In this document: piece by piece, positions 30,991 to 40,865 of the stretch | Layout: every line of letters begins with the position of its first letter | Numbering within the stretch: position 1 is the first letter of the stretch | NCBI GenBank assembly: GCA_963771465.1 | Contig: CAVYTU010000008.1 | Span: 96,001 to 160,000, forward strand | Reading direction: 5' to 3' | Source: an uncultured delta proteobacterium | Lineage (GTDB): Bacteria; Desulfobacterota; Binatia; UBA9968 | DNA: 64,000 nucleotides | Position numbers and translations under genes: made by a program | Notes under the pieces: generated by a model | Database searches by the model: none | What the model saw: the letters and a program-made list of their open reading frames with translations, nothing else | Told to the model about the DNA's origin: nothing

Positions 30991-31998
30991 CTACCGCTTC
31001 CCCGCCCATATCTGCTCGAAGAACCCACTCTTCTCCATTTCCTCGAGGTAACGCGGCTCCATCATCTCTTGCGGCTTGACCGCTTTGGCGCGCGGCTCCG
31101 ACGGCGCGATTTCGTCTAGCGTCGACTGGAAGCCTTCGGGTTTCATCGCCAGACGCGGTTCCAAGGCCTTGATCTCGACGTTGTAACTGGCCTCTAGCAA
31201 TTTGCGATCGTCGACGCGCAAATATTTCTCCATGATCTTGTAAGTGTACTCTTTGTCCGTGTGCATGATTTTCGCCGCTTCCGCCATCGCGCGCATGAAG
31301 CGGCCGATCACCGCTGCTCGCTTGGCGACGATCGTGCGGCGCGTAATGAACGTCGTCGCCGCGTAGGCGATCTTTAAGTCGGGGCCGTAGACAACGTAGT
31401 GATAGCCGAGCTTAAGTGCCTGCGCATCGGTGGGCACGGTCAGCACGGCAGCATCGATCCCTTGAGCGACCAGCGCCGCCAGCGTCTCCGGCGCGCCGCC
31501 GGCTTGGATGAAGCTCACTTCGCGCGGATCGATGTTGTAGTGGCGCAGCGCCTGCACGGCGAAATAATGGGGGTTGCTGCCGATGCGCGAAACGCCGATG
31601 CGTTTGCCTTTCAATTGCTCGGGCCGCTTGATATCGGGTTTGGCGATCACACTGTGAGTCAACAGGCTCTTGATCCCGCCGACAAAGACCGGGTCTTTAT
31701 TTCCCTGCACCCAAGGGCGGGTAATACTCGCCGCGCCGATCACCGCCACTTCGCTATCGCCGGAAAGAATCGCCGCCACCGACGGCGCGCCGGGGGTAAC
31801 AAACACCATCGGCACATCCAAATCGTATTTCTTAAATAGACCCGCCTCATGGCCGATCCACGGATAAGCCTGCGACATCACCCGCGCGGTGTAGATGAGG
31901 TTCAACTTATCCGCCGCAAGAGCATTCGCGAACGGCAGCATGAAAGCTAAGATCGCTGACAACCTAAACATGCTATTCATCGCTTCGTTCAAGCGCAT
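30991..31998 (-). CDS. ABC substrate-binding protein, NitT/TauT family
   Basis: Signal peptide; GLFKKYDLDV, LKGKRIGVSRIGS, YLEEMEKSGFF; GGAGG RBS. Confidence 0.9.
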   Translation of the reverse strand: MRLNEAMNSMFRLSAILAFMLPFANALAADKLNLIYTARVMSQAYPWIGHEAGLFKKYDLDVPMVFVTPGAPSVAAILSGDSEVAVIGAASITRPWVQGNKDPVFVGGIKSLLTHSVIAKPDIKRPEQLKGKRIGVSRIGSNPHYFAVQALRHYNIDPREVSFIQAGGAPETLAALVAQGIDAAVLTVPTDAQALKLGYHYVVYGPDLKIAYAATTFITRRTIVAKRAAVIGRFMRAMAEAAKIMHTDKEYTYKIMEKYLRVDDRKLLEASYNVEIKALEPRLAMKPEGFQSTLDEIAPSEPRAKAVKPQEMMEPRYLEEMEKSGFFEQIWAGKR

Positions 31999-32175
31999 GT
32001 GACCTCCTGCATAAAGCAAAGCTTCCTCCGGTCTTACAACAACGACGCGTCAAAAACCAAGTCGAATGTATTTACGCGTCTTATGTCTCGCAGCCTGGCT
32101 TGCAAGGAAACGCTTTGACAAACTCACCGCACCTGTAGCAACATCGCCGTCAGTTGAGCCGAATAGGAGAACGCC

Positions 32176-33186
32176 ATGAGCAAAAATATCGTTTCGACTC
32201 CGACCCACGAGCGCTGTGTCACTTCTTATGCCGCACGAACCCAATACAAACCCGGCGTCGTCCATCCGCCGCACATCAAAGTCAAAGACGCCATCGACAT
32301 CCATTGCCATACTCATGAAGGCCAGCAAGATCCCTACGATCTAGCGCGCCGCGCTTCCCTGGCGGAAATGAAAGGGCTGCTGTTCAAGAGCATCCCCGGT
32401 GACGATCCGGTGAAAGCGACTCAAGATGTTCAAGACGACGTCAATCGCTGGGCGGAGAAAGAACGGGTGTCGCCGATCACTTGCTGGTCGGCGTACGTCT
32501 GTGGCCGACAAATGGCGCCGATAAACGCAAAAGTCGTCGGCGATATGATCGACCGCGGCGTCAGCGCCATCTGGCTACCGGTGTTCACTCATGTGATCAC
32601 CATGAGCACCGTTGGTACCTACGGGCGTTTTGTCCAGCATCGCAACACGCCGGGCTGGGTCGGGCCGATTCCCTGGGACGAGGCGATGAACGTCGGCCAC
32701 TACGATCTTGACGAAAACGGCAAGCTGAAACCGGAGATACGCGACATCGTCCACCTCTGCGCCGACAGAAACGTCGCGCTGTTTTTCGGCCACGCGACCC
32801 ATGCGGAGATCTACAAGCTAGCGGAGGAAGTTCAAAAGATCGGCTTGAAGCGCGCCGTCATCGATCATCCTTTCAGTCCGTTCTTAAACGTCTCGCCGGA
32901 TATGATGAAAGAGCTCAGCCCGGCGGGCATCTTTTTCAACTTCACCTGGGACGAGCTCTCGCCGCTCTTAGGCGTCGACCCGCAGATCATGTACAACACC
33001 ATCCGCGCCGTCGGCCCGGAACATTTCACACTATCGAGCGACGCCGGCGAACCGCTCTTCCCCGACTCGGTGGAAGCGATGCGCCTGGTGCGCGGCTACA
33101 TGGAAGCGTTCGGCTTGAATCAGGATGAGCTCTACACGGTGTGCACGAGGAATCCGGCGAAAGTGGTGGGGTTGGAATTACACTGA
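32176..33186 (+). CDS. Amidohydrolase-fold protein (DUF6282-like)
   Basis: AIDIHCH, FKS, FGH, IDHP, LSSDAG, NPAKVVG metal-site pattern; AGGAG RBS. Confidence 0.78.
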   Translation: MSKNIVSTPTHERCVTSYAARTQYKPGVVHPPHIKVKDAIDIHCHTHEGQQDPYDLARRASLAEMKGLLFKSIPGDDPVKATQDVQDDVNRWAEKERVSPITCWSAYVCGRQMAPINAKVVGDMIDRGVSAIWLPVFTHVITMSTVGTYGRFVQHRNTPGWVGPIPWDEAMNVGHYDLDENGKLKPEIRDIVHLCADRNVALFFGHATHAEIYKLAEEVQKIGLKRAVIDHPFSPFLNVSPDMMKELSPAGIFFNFTWDELSPLLGVDPQIMYNTIRAVGPEHFTLSSDAGEPLFPDSVEAMRLVRGYMEAFGLNQDELYTVCTRNPAKVVGLELH

Positions 33187-33199
33187 TCGAAAAGCCAAG

Positions 33200-33295
33200 G
33201 TCGAGAATAGAGGATCGAAGATGGACGATGGCGAGAGAAGATCGCCGCAGTCAAAATCTTTCGCCATTCTCCATCCTCCATTTTCTATTCTCGAC
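33200..33295. repeat. Inverted array of GATGGAG/GATCGAG-like heptamers (35-bp imperfect stem)
   Basis: gtcgagaatagaggatcgaagatggacgatggcga versus tcgccattctccatcctccattttctattctcgac. Confidence 0.9.
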
Positions 33296-33300
33296 GAAAT

Positions 33301-34314
33301 TTATTTCAATCCCAATCGATCAAACGTCCCGTCCTTCTCCATCTCTTCGAGAAAGCGCCGGTCGATCAACTGCTCCGCTTTAACTTGCTTGGCACGGGGG
33401 TCGGTTTTGGCGATCTCGTCGAGGGTCGCTTGGATCGCGATCGGCTTAATGTCCAATCTCGGCTCCAGCACTTTCATTTCGGCGGTGTATGCAGCATCGA
33501 AAACTTTGCGGTCGGTGAGGCCGATCTTCCTACTGATCACTTTGAAGGCAAGTTCCCGGTCGCTGATCATGATCTTCAGCGACTCCGCCATTGCATGCAT
33601 GAAGTTACTAACGACCTTAGGCCTTTTAACTATCACTGAGCGCAAGGTGACGAAACCCGTCGCGACGTAAGGTGGCCTAATCTCGCGGCCATCGATGACG
33701 TAGTTGAATCCCATAAACGCCGCCCGCGTATCTTGCGGCGTCGTCAGTGAAGCGGCGTCGACGGCGCCCGTGCTCAAAGCCAGAAATGTTTCCGGCGCGC
33801 CGCCGGTTTGGATCAAGTTCGCATCCTTGAGCGGATCAAGTCCCTTTAGGCGCATGCCGTATTGCGTGAAATAGTGCGAGTTGCCGCCGATGCGGCCGAC
33901 GCCGATGCGCTTTCCTTTTAAATCTTCGGGCCGCTTGATCTCCGGTTTGCCCATCAAGCTATGCGTGAGCACGTTCTTCACCGAGCCGATGAAAACAAAA
34001 TCGGTATTGCCCGCAAGAAATGCCCGGATCGGCCCCTCGCCGCCAACGATGGCGACATTGCCGTTGCCGCCGCTCATCGCCGCGGTCACGATTCCCGAAG
34101 ACGCAATGTAAACCAGCTGAAAGTCGAGATCGTACTTCGAATAGAGCCGAGCTTCCTCGGCAAACCAGGGCAGCGCCATCGCCACGCTCGGCGCGGACTG
34201 AAGCCCGACAAGCCGCTCGGCGGCGAGTGCTCGCGAACCGACGCAGAGCAGCCCGTGGCCAAGCGCAAGCGACAGCACTAGGGCTTTGGCAACTCGGTAT
34301 TTAGGAGTAAGCAT
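33301..34314 (-). CDS. ABC substrate-binding protein, NitT/TauT family
   Basis: Signal peptide; DLKGKRIGVGRIGG, QTGGAPET, MKVLEPRL; close paralogue of 30991-31998. Confidence 0.9.
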   Translation of the reverse strand: MLTPKYRVAKALVLSLALGHGLLCVGSRALAAERLVGLQSAPSVAMALPWFAEEARLYSKYDLDFQLVYIASSGIVTAAMSGGNGNVAIVGGEGPIRAFLAGNTDFVFIGSVKNVLTHSLMGKPEIKRPEDLKGKRIGVGRIGGNSHYFTQYGMRLKGLDPLKDANLIQTGGAPETFLALSTGAVDAASLTTPQDTRAAFMGFNYVIDGREIRPPYVATGFVTLRSVIVKRPKVVSNFMHAMAESLKIMISDRELAFKVISRKIGLTDRKVFDAAYTAEMKVLEPRLDIKPIAIQATLDEIAKTDPRAKQVKAEQLIDRRFLEEMEKDGTFDRLGLK

Positions 34315-34384
34315 GTCACTCTCCTTGCGAACCGGGATCTGCGGGTAATTACTATAGGGGCGTCACCATGCACCAGCATCAGCA

Positions 34385-35539
34385 TCAGCCTAATTTGCCA
34401 TCGAGCCTCGGTTGCAAGAGAACCGGCACATAGACAACGATGAAGATCGCATACGCAACGAGCCAAAGCACTCCGCTCAAAATCACCACCTGGGGAAACC
34501 ATTGCGGCTGTAAAATCGGCAGCAACCCACGAGTCACAGCGGCAAGGTTAACCGCAGCAAAAGCAATCACCATCCCGGCTCCGACCTTGAGGGGCCTGCC
34601 CGTATGCCCTAAAGAAACCCGCGCCATCATGCCCATGGTCAACACGCCAATGGCGCCCAGCGAAAACGCGTGAACAGTAAACTGCGGCGGTATAACTCCC
34701 AAAGCCGACCCGGCCTTCAACATGAATCCCGCGACGATCCAGCCGTAACCGAGATGAAGCACCCAAAGTAACGGGACACGCCAATAGCGATAAGTATACC
34801 AACCGCCAAGTCGAATCCCGTTGGCGATCGCTGCGACTCCGGCAAACACGCCGGCGACGCGCGGATCGATGAAAAAGAATTCGGCAAGCGTAAAAGCTAT
34901 CACACTGATTATCGCGAGCCGCTCGATTGCGTTCCAGCGTTTGATCCGGACCGCTTGAAGCGCGCGTTCAGTGAAGAACGGAATCACGCGCCCACCCATG
35001 ATCACGATCAACAGAACGACTAAATTGAGGCCGAGGATGACGGCTTTATGCGCCAGATTCGGCACGAAGCCGAGGAGCGCCAAATGCACGAGAATATTTG
35101 CCAACCAGAAAACCGCAATGAGCGGGAGAAAAAGCAAGTTTCGCCGATCACCGCGCCGCACCAGTGGCACGCCGATTCCGACCGCAAGAGCCGGCAAAAA
35201 ACTAAGATCGACTAGAGCAATCAATTCAGCGGACAAGGCTGAAGGAAAAAATGGCAGGATCCGGCCGAGACACCAGATAAGCGTCAGAGCAGCTAAGCTC
35301 GACCCTTGCGGCGTAGCCATCTCGGTCCAATTGCGGACGGAGGTAAGCAAGAAGCCGGCAATCACTGCGGCGGTATAGCCAAAGATCATTTCGTGGCTAT
35401 GCCAACCAATTTGGCCATAATAAGAATTTAGGGGGAGCCAGCCAACAAACGTTGGCACCCATAGGGCGATCGAAAGTATCGCGAACAGCCCGCTGAGCAG
35501 AAAAAATGGTCGAAAGCCAAGGGCAAATAGAACTAGCAT
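34385..35539 (-). CDS. nnrS: NnrS family haem-copper membrane protein
   Basis: LGFRPFFL, WHSHEMIFGY, GFLLTSVRNWT, GGRVIPFFT, LLWVLHLGY, RVSLGHTGR. Confidence 0.92.
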   Translation of the reverse strand: MLVLFALGFRPFFLLSGLFAILSIALWVPTFVGWLPLNSYYGQIGWHSHEMIFGYTAAVIAGFLLTSVRNWTEMATPQGSSLAALTLIWCLGRILPFFPSALSAELIALVDLSFLPALAVGIGVPLVRRGDRRNLLFLPLIAVFWLANILVHLALLGFVPNLAHKAVILGLNLVVLLIVIMGGRVIPFFTERALQAVRIKRWNAIERLAIISVIAFTLAEFFFIDPRVAGVFAGVAAIANGIRLGGWYTYRYWRVPLLWVLHLGYGWIVAGFMLKAGSALGVIPPQFTVHAFSLGAIGVLTMGMMARVSLGHTGRPLKVGAGMVIAFAAVNLAAVTRGLLPILQPQWFPQVVILSGVLWLVAYAIFIVVYVPVLLQPRLDGKLG

Positions 35540-35631
35540 GGAACGAACGCAATCCAGACGCGGTTACAATTACACTTTCGCGACCGCCCAACGCGCGCTG
35601 CAATCAACCACAATGACCCCAGGTGAAAAAA

Positions 35632-36619
35632 CTATTTTTTGTAAAGCTGCTTGATAAATCCCGACGCTTCCATTTCCTGCACGAAACTCGCATCGACGAA
35701 ACTCTTTGGATCAGCGGCGGCGGCTTTGGGATTTTTCGGCGCCATATCGTCGAGCAAGGTTTTGATGCCCGCCGGATCGGCGTAGGGCACGTCGAGCAAA
35801 ACCGACGTGTAATTCCTGTACGTCCGCTCCAAGCCTTCGGGGTCGGTGAGACGGGTGAATTTGCCGATGATCGCTTTGGTTCCTTCTTTGTCGGCTTTCA
35901 CCAGGTGCAGCGCTTCGGTCATCGCGCGCGCAAACCGGCTGACCATCGGCCGTTTGGTTTTGATGATCGCTTCTCTGGTGACGACGCCGTTGCCGTGCAG
36001 CGGAATTTTCAACGTCGCCATGTTGACCAGATCGCGGAAACCGAGCCGCTCGGCCTCTTTGATAAACGGCTCGTTCATGATCGTGAAATGAGTGACGCCC
36101 TTTGAAATCGACGCGAGACGCTCGGGATTGCCGCCGGCGGGAATGATCTTTACATCCTTATCGGGATCTATGCCCTAAGCGCTTGAGCGACAACCTGAGT
36201 CCCATGTCGGAAATACTGCCGGCGCGATTGACCGAACCGGACTTGCCTTTCAACTGCTCGACGCTCGTGATGTTGGCCGCCGCGATAATGTGATCGATGA
36301 AGGTCGGGATGATCGACAGGATCATCACGAAGTCGGCGCCGCCAAGGCGCGGGTTGACGACGTTGGGAGCCGAAGTGATGACGATGTCGAGATCGCCGGC
36401 GACCAGAGCTTGCATCGCCGGCGGCCCGGCGCCAAAAAAGATCGACTCGATGACTAAACCCTGCTTGGTGAACAAACCTTTCTCCTGCGCCACCCACAGC
36501 GGCGTATGCGACGCCGTCATCGCCGCCCAACCGACACGGACACGCTCCTGAGCGGAAATCGGCTGGATGCCTGCGAAGAAAAAACATATCGCCAGGACAC
36601 CTTGAAGCATGATCGACAT
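35632..36619 (-). CDS. ABC substrate-binding protein, NitT/TauT family, split by apparent 1-nt insertion
   Basis: ORFs 36158-36619 and 35632-36078 join as ...LKRLGIDPDKDVKIIPAGGNPERL... if one G of the run at 36173-36175 is removed. Confidence 0.85.
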
Positions 36620-36668
36620 GATGCACCTCTTAGGATTGAACAATTTCACGAAGCAACGCCGCGCCGGC

Positions 36669-37205
36669 TCACTTCGTGATCGCGTAGCACACCGAATCGC
36701 GCGGCTCGGGGCTGATGTTGGGATGCACCGACCAGCGTTTGAGGATGCCTTCGCGCTGCATGCCGATTTTCTCCATGACTCGCGCCGACGCCAAGTTATC
36801 GACGTCGCAAACCGCCCAAACACGATGAATCTCTTTTTGCTTGAGCGCCCAGGCAATCACCGCTTTGAGCGCTTCGGTCATGAAACCTTGGCGCCAGTAG
36901 GAATGCGCTAGCACATAGCCGAGTTCCCATTTCTCGGCGTTGACCCGGGCGATGATCATGCCCATCACTTGCTTGTCCTCGGCGCCTTCGATCACCCAAT
37001 GAAACGCCTTGCCGACGTCCCACGCGAGCAGACACATCTGCACATATTCGCGCGTCTCTTTGAGGTCCCGATGGGCGCGCCAACTGACGTATTTGGTCAC
37101 TTCGGGATCTTGCGCGTATTGGCGAAAGATCGCGTCGGCATCGGTTAGTTTTGCTTTTCTCAGTCGTAGACGTTCTGTCTTAAACGTTTGCGGTGGGTTT
37201 ATCAC
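36669..37205 (-). CDS. GNAT N-acetyltransferase (RimJ/RimL family)
   Basis: TERLRLR, ELGYVL..YWRQGFMTEA, NLASARVMEKIGM. Confidence 0.9.
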   Translation of the reverse strand: MINPPQTFKTERLRLRKAKLTDADAIFRQYAQDPEVTKYVSWRAHRDLKETREYVQMCLLAWDVGKAFHWVIEGAEDKQVMGMIIARVNAEKWELGYVLAHSYWRQGFMTEALKAVIAWALKQKEIHRVWAVCDVDNLASARVMEKIGMQREGILKRWSVHPNISPEPRDSVCYAITK

Positions 37206-37350
37206 TCTCGGAAGGTCCAGCCACTCATGATCGCTGAGTTATAGAGTCGCAGGGAAAAATATTCAAGAGATGGAAGGCAGTGCGCAACAGTTAAGAACGA
37301 GACAGTACCAAGTCTTAATACTGCCGTGCCTTTTAGCCGGCGGCTTTCTA

Positions 37351-38382
37351 TCACTGCGGCGCGATGATTTGTTTTAGCTTCGCTAAAAGCGCCGGCGAGG
37401 TTTTGAGTACGCCGAGGACAGTTTTCTCCAGTTCCTCGCCGGTGAGCGGCGCAATGTCGAGGTTGGCGCGCTCGGCGTCGGCGAGAAAGCCCGGATCGCT
37501 CATTGTTGCGGTAAAGGCTCTGCGCAATAGTTGCACGCGATCCTTGGGTGTGCCGGGAGACACGACGAAAGGCCGGGCAATCGACGCAAGATCGTGTGCG
37601 CCGACTTGCAACAACTGGCGCGCCTCCTCGGTCTTGGCAAAACTTACCGCCAGCGGAACTTTGGGCAAATCAGGATGTGGTTTTGCGAGTGCTTGGAGAA
37701 TGATGACGAACTCGCCGCTCTCGATCTGCTTTCTCCACAATGAGCGAAAGCTTTCCCAGCCGGTGCACAAACCGGTAAGCTCGCCGCGCTCCATCGCCAG
37801 GCGCATGTCGCCGGTGCTTTTATAACCCAGCACAAGTTGTATCGGCAGGCCGAGCGTCGCCGCAAGCAAGCGCGACGTATCGTGGCCGCCGGTGCCGGGG
37901 GCCGTGCCGCCCAACCGAGGCGGAGTTCTCGCCGCCAGCCATTTTTCCACGCTGTCGATACCGCCGGATTTTGGAAAGCCGCATACGATCTCGACCTTGG
38001 CCACCGCGCCGACATATTCGAATCTCGCCGCGTCGAAGCTGATCTCCTTTTGTCCCATCGCTTGCAATGGAAACAACGAACCGCTGAAATGACCGATGGT
38101 CATACCGTCCGGCTTGGCGACCCGATAAAGATGATTCGCCGACGCCAAGCTGCCTGCACCCGGCATGTTGTCGACGACGAACGCAGGATTGCCGGCGACA
38201 TGCTTGCCCATGTAGCGGGCCACCGCGCGGGCGTAAAAGTCGTAACCGCCGCCAGGCGCGTAACCGACCACCAGGCGAATGGTTTTACCACGGTAGAATT
38301 CGTGATTGCCGGCAAACCCATGAGTGGCCAACATCAGCCAACCTATAAACAGGTAAATCGATACGCTCAGTCGATATGCCAA
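37351..38382 (-). CDS. TctC/Bug-family binding protein
   Basis: FYRGKTIRLVVGYAPGGGYD, VDNMPGAG, KPDGMT, RPFVVSPGTP. Confidence 0.9.
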   Translation of the reverse strand: MAYRLSVSIYLFIGWLMLATHGFAGNHEFYRGKTIRLVVGYAPGGGYDFYARAVARYMGKHVAGNPAFVVDNMPGAGSLASANHLYRVAKPDGMTIGHFSGSLFPLQAMGQKEISFDAARFEYVGAVAKVEIVCGFPKSGGIDSVEKWLAARTPPRLGGTAPGTGGHDTSRLLAATLGLPIQLVLGYKSTGDMRLAMERGELTGLCTGWESFRSLWRKQIESGEFVIILQALAKPHPDLPKVPLAVSFAKTEEARQLLQVGAHDLASIARPFVVSPGTPKDRVQLLRRAFTATMSDPGFLADAERANLDIAPLTGEELEKTVLGVLKTSPALLAKLKQIIAPQ

Positions 38383-38486
38383 AATATATTTCTCCAGATC
38401 GCCAAGAATAGCTGAGAACTTTTAACCCACAGAGATTTACTCAATGCATTGTGGCAAAGGCCACGGCATTTTACATGAGCGGCGCA

Positions 38487-39530
38487 TCACGGGTTCAAGC
38501 TTATGAGTCTGCGCTGCGCGTCGTCCATGTTGGCGGGCCAGGCACCGCGTTCTTTGAAAAACTGCACTGCCGCAGGATGATAGGGCATGGTCACCTCGGC
38601 ATCGACCGCGCGTTGCCGCGTCCAGTCTTTGAAGCTCGGATGCAGCGGCGCCAATTTGTCGACGTTATCCCAGATATTCTTGAGAACCATGCTGACCACT
38701 CGATCCGGCGCGCCCTTGTGGCTCGTGAGATATATGTCGTAAGCATTAACGCAAGTGTCATCGGCGATCGCCGCCGCTTGGCCGCGTTTGAGCCAATGGG
38801 GATAGTAACCCGGCACCGCAGTGCGCAGACGCTTCTCGCCCTGAGGCGAGCAATCGAGGGAGAGATGGCGCACGCCGATGGCCGCATCAGCTTCCTTGAC
38901 CTTAGCCGAGTCGACGGCGTGCAAGGCCACGTCGGCCCTTCCTTGGATCAAAGCGTCGACCCCTTCGTTGGCGCCGGGCACCGGGACAATCTTCACGTCT
39001 TCAAATTTCATCCCGGCGCCGGCAAGAAAACCGAAGACGTTATACCAATTGGCAAGCTGCGCCGGATACTCGCCGGTCACGCGTTTGCCACGAATGTCCT
39101 GAATCGTTTTGATCGGCGCGTCTTTGCGCACCAAGAACGCCGTCATCAAGATCGCGCCGCGCATCACCAAGCGAACGTTCGGCGTGTGCTGAAATGGATT
39201 TCTGCCGCCGATCTTCAGCCGTTCCGCTCCCTGATAGGACAGCGCCATATCGACCGCATTATTGATGCCGAAATCGATCTCCCCGCTATCGAGCAGCGGC
39301 AAAAACGTGCTCGTGCCGGAATAAGGTTGCACCGCCATCTGCATCGGCGCGCCGTCGCTGGCGATTTTCGCAAGGCCGCTGGCCAGCGCGTAGAAGACGG
39401 TGCCGGGAGGATTGGAGGCGACAGTGACTGAGCGCGGCAGCTGCTGCGCGTGGCTGGCAACTTCAAGGTGAAGAAAACAAGCCAGTGCGAGGGAAACATG
39501 TCTGGATGACGACGCGAGAGTATATCGCAT
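38487..39530 (-). CDS. TAXI-family TRAP transporter solute-binding protein
   Basis: PPGTVFY, QPYSG, IKTIQDIRGKRV, PYHPAAVQFFKERG; GGAGG RBS. Confidence 0.88.
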   Translation of the reverse strand: MRYTLASSSRHVSLALACFLHLEVASHAQQLPRSVTVASNPPGTVFYALASGLAKIASDGAPMQMAVQPYSGTSTFLPLLDSGEIDFGINNAVDMALSYQGAERLKIGGRNPFQHTPNVRLVMRGAILMTAFLVRKDAPIKTIQDIRGKRVTGEYPAQLANWYNVFGFLAGAGMKFEDVKIVPVPGANEGVDALIQGRADVALHAVDSAKVKEADAAIGVRHLSLDCSPQGEKRLRTAVPGYYPHWLKRGQAAAIADDTCVNAYDIYLTSHKGAPDRVVSMVLKNIWDNVDKLAPLHPSFKDWTRQRAVDAEVTMPYHPAAVQFFKERGAWPANMDDAQRRLISLNP

Positions 39531-39726
39531 GGCAATTCCTCCCATTGCGCGATGATTAGAATCGAACAGTCGCCGACGTCGCGACATGTACAAACAATAG
39601 CGCTAAGCTGTCAAGCCGATTCGCCGACGATTGAGTCGACTGCGAACCAATGACTACGGTTTGACCCGCAGCCAATGGATCGGTTATCTCTGGCGGACGA
39701 TCGGCGAACTGTGACGGAGGTGAGCG

Positions 39727-40731
39727 ATGATTCGTAGTCGATGGCTTCAAGCGTTGGGTGTCATAACCTCATTGAATGCGAGTATAGCCGCCGGCGCTGC
39801 CGAGCTATCTTCGCCGCGTAAAATTCGCGTCGCCATCACGTCGATCTCCGGCTCCATGGTCCCGCCCTGGGCGGCGAACGAGGCGGGCATCTTCAAGAAA
39901 TACGGCTTGCAAGTGGAAGTCATCGCCACACCGAGCGGCATCCAAGGCACCAACGCGTTGATCGCCAATGAGATCTCGTTCTTGCAAATCGCCGGCGGCA
40001 CGACCACCGGCGCAGCAGTCGGCGGCGCCGATTTGAAAATCGTCGCGACCATGACGGCAACCTTGGTTTTGAATTTGGCGGTGCGCCCTGAGATCGAAAA
40101 ACCCGAACAGCTGCGGGGAAAAAGCATCGGCATCAGCCGGTTCGGCACCTCGCTGCACAGCGGCGCGCGTTTAGCGGCGAAACATTATGGCCTCGAACCT
40201 GGGCGAGACGTTCACATCGTCGAGATCGGCGCCGGCGATTGGATCGTCGGCGCATTGCAGGGTAACCGCGTCCAAGCGGGCGTGTTCGGATATCCTGCCA
40301 CCGGCCGCGCCGTCAAGCTCGGTAACCGTGTGATGCTGCATCTGCCGGCGCTCAACATTCCTTACGCTTCGACCGGCGTGTCCACCCGCGGTGATATCAT
40401 CCGCGACGATCCCGATCTGGTGCGGCGCTATTTATCGGCGCAAATCGAAGCCATCGCGCTGATGAAAAAAGACCGGCCGTTTACGCTCAAAGTTTTGTCG
40501 AAGTATCTGCGGACCAACGATATGGACTTGCTCAACGAGTCCTACGATATTCAAATCGCCAAGTACATGCAGAAGACTCCGCTGCCGACCGCAGAAGCCG
40601 TGCGCTCGGTTTTGGAAGAGCTGACCGACCGAAATCCCAAAGCTAAAGATCTCGACCCCAACAAATTTTTCGATGACCGCTTCGTGCGCCAGCTGCAGGC
40701 GGGAGATTTTATCGACGCGCTTTACCGGTAG
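39727..40731 (+). CDS. ABC substrate-binding protein, NitT/TauT family
   Basis: GIFKKYGLQVE, LRGKSIGISRFGT, FFDDRFVRQL; GGAGG RBS. Confidence 0.9.
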   Translation: MIRSRWLQALGVITSLNASIAAGAAELSSPRKIRVAITSISGSMVPPWAANEAGIFKKYGLQVEVIATPSGIQGTNALIANEISFLQIAGGTTTGAAVGGADLKIVATMTATLVLNLAVRPEIEKPEQLRGKSIGISRFGTSLHSGARLAAKHYGLEPGRDVHIVEIGAGDWIVGALQGNRVQAGVFGYPATGRAVKLGNRVMLHLPALNIPYASTGVSTRGDIIRDDPDLVRRYLSAQIEAIALMKKDRPFTLKVLSKYLRTNDMDLLNESYDIQIAKYMQKTPLPTAEAVRSVLEELTDRNPKAKDLDPNKFFDDRFVRQLQAGDFIDALYR

Positions 40732-40735
40732 AAGA

Positions 40736-40802
40736 CGTATGGGGTAAACGGTGAGGCGTGAGGGGCTCGATCATCCCTTACCATTCACCTTTTAACCTTA
40801 CG
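40736..40802. repeat. Inverted array of GTGAGGG-like heptamers (hairpin)
   Basis: cgtatggggtaaacggtgaggcgtgaggg versus cccttaccattcaccttttaaccttacg; begins just after the stop codon. Confidence 0.82.
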
Positions 40803-40865
40803 AACGTGAATGCCGCGCTACCGCTCGGACCCAGAGCTCTATCGCTCGCTACCAGCGGGCTGAAC

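Noticed and set aside
35540-35631. NnrR/FNR site upstream of nnrS
   Set aside because: Only a TTGAT half-site is present.
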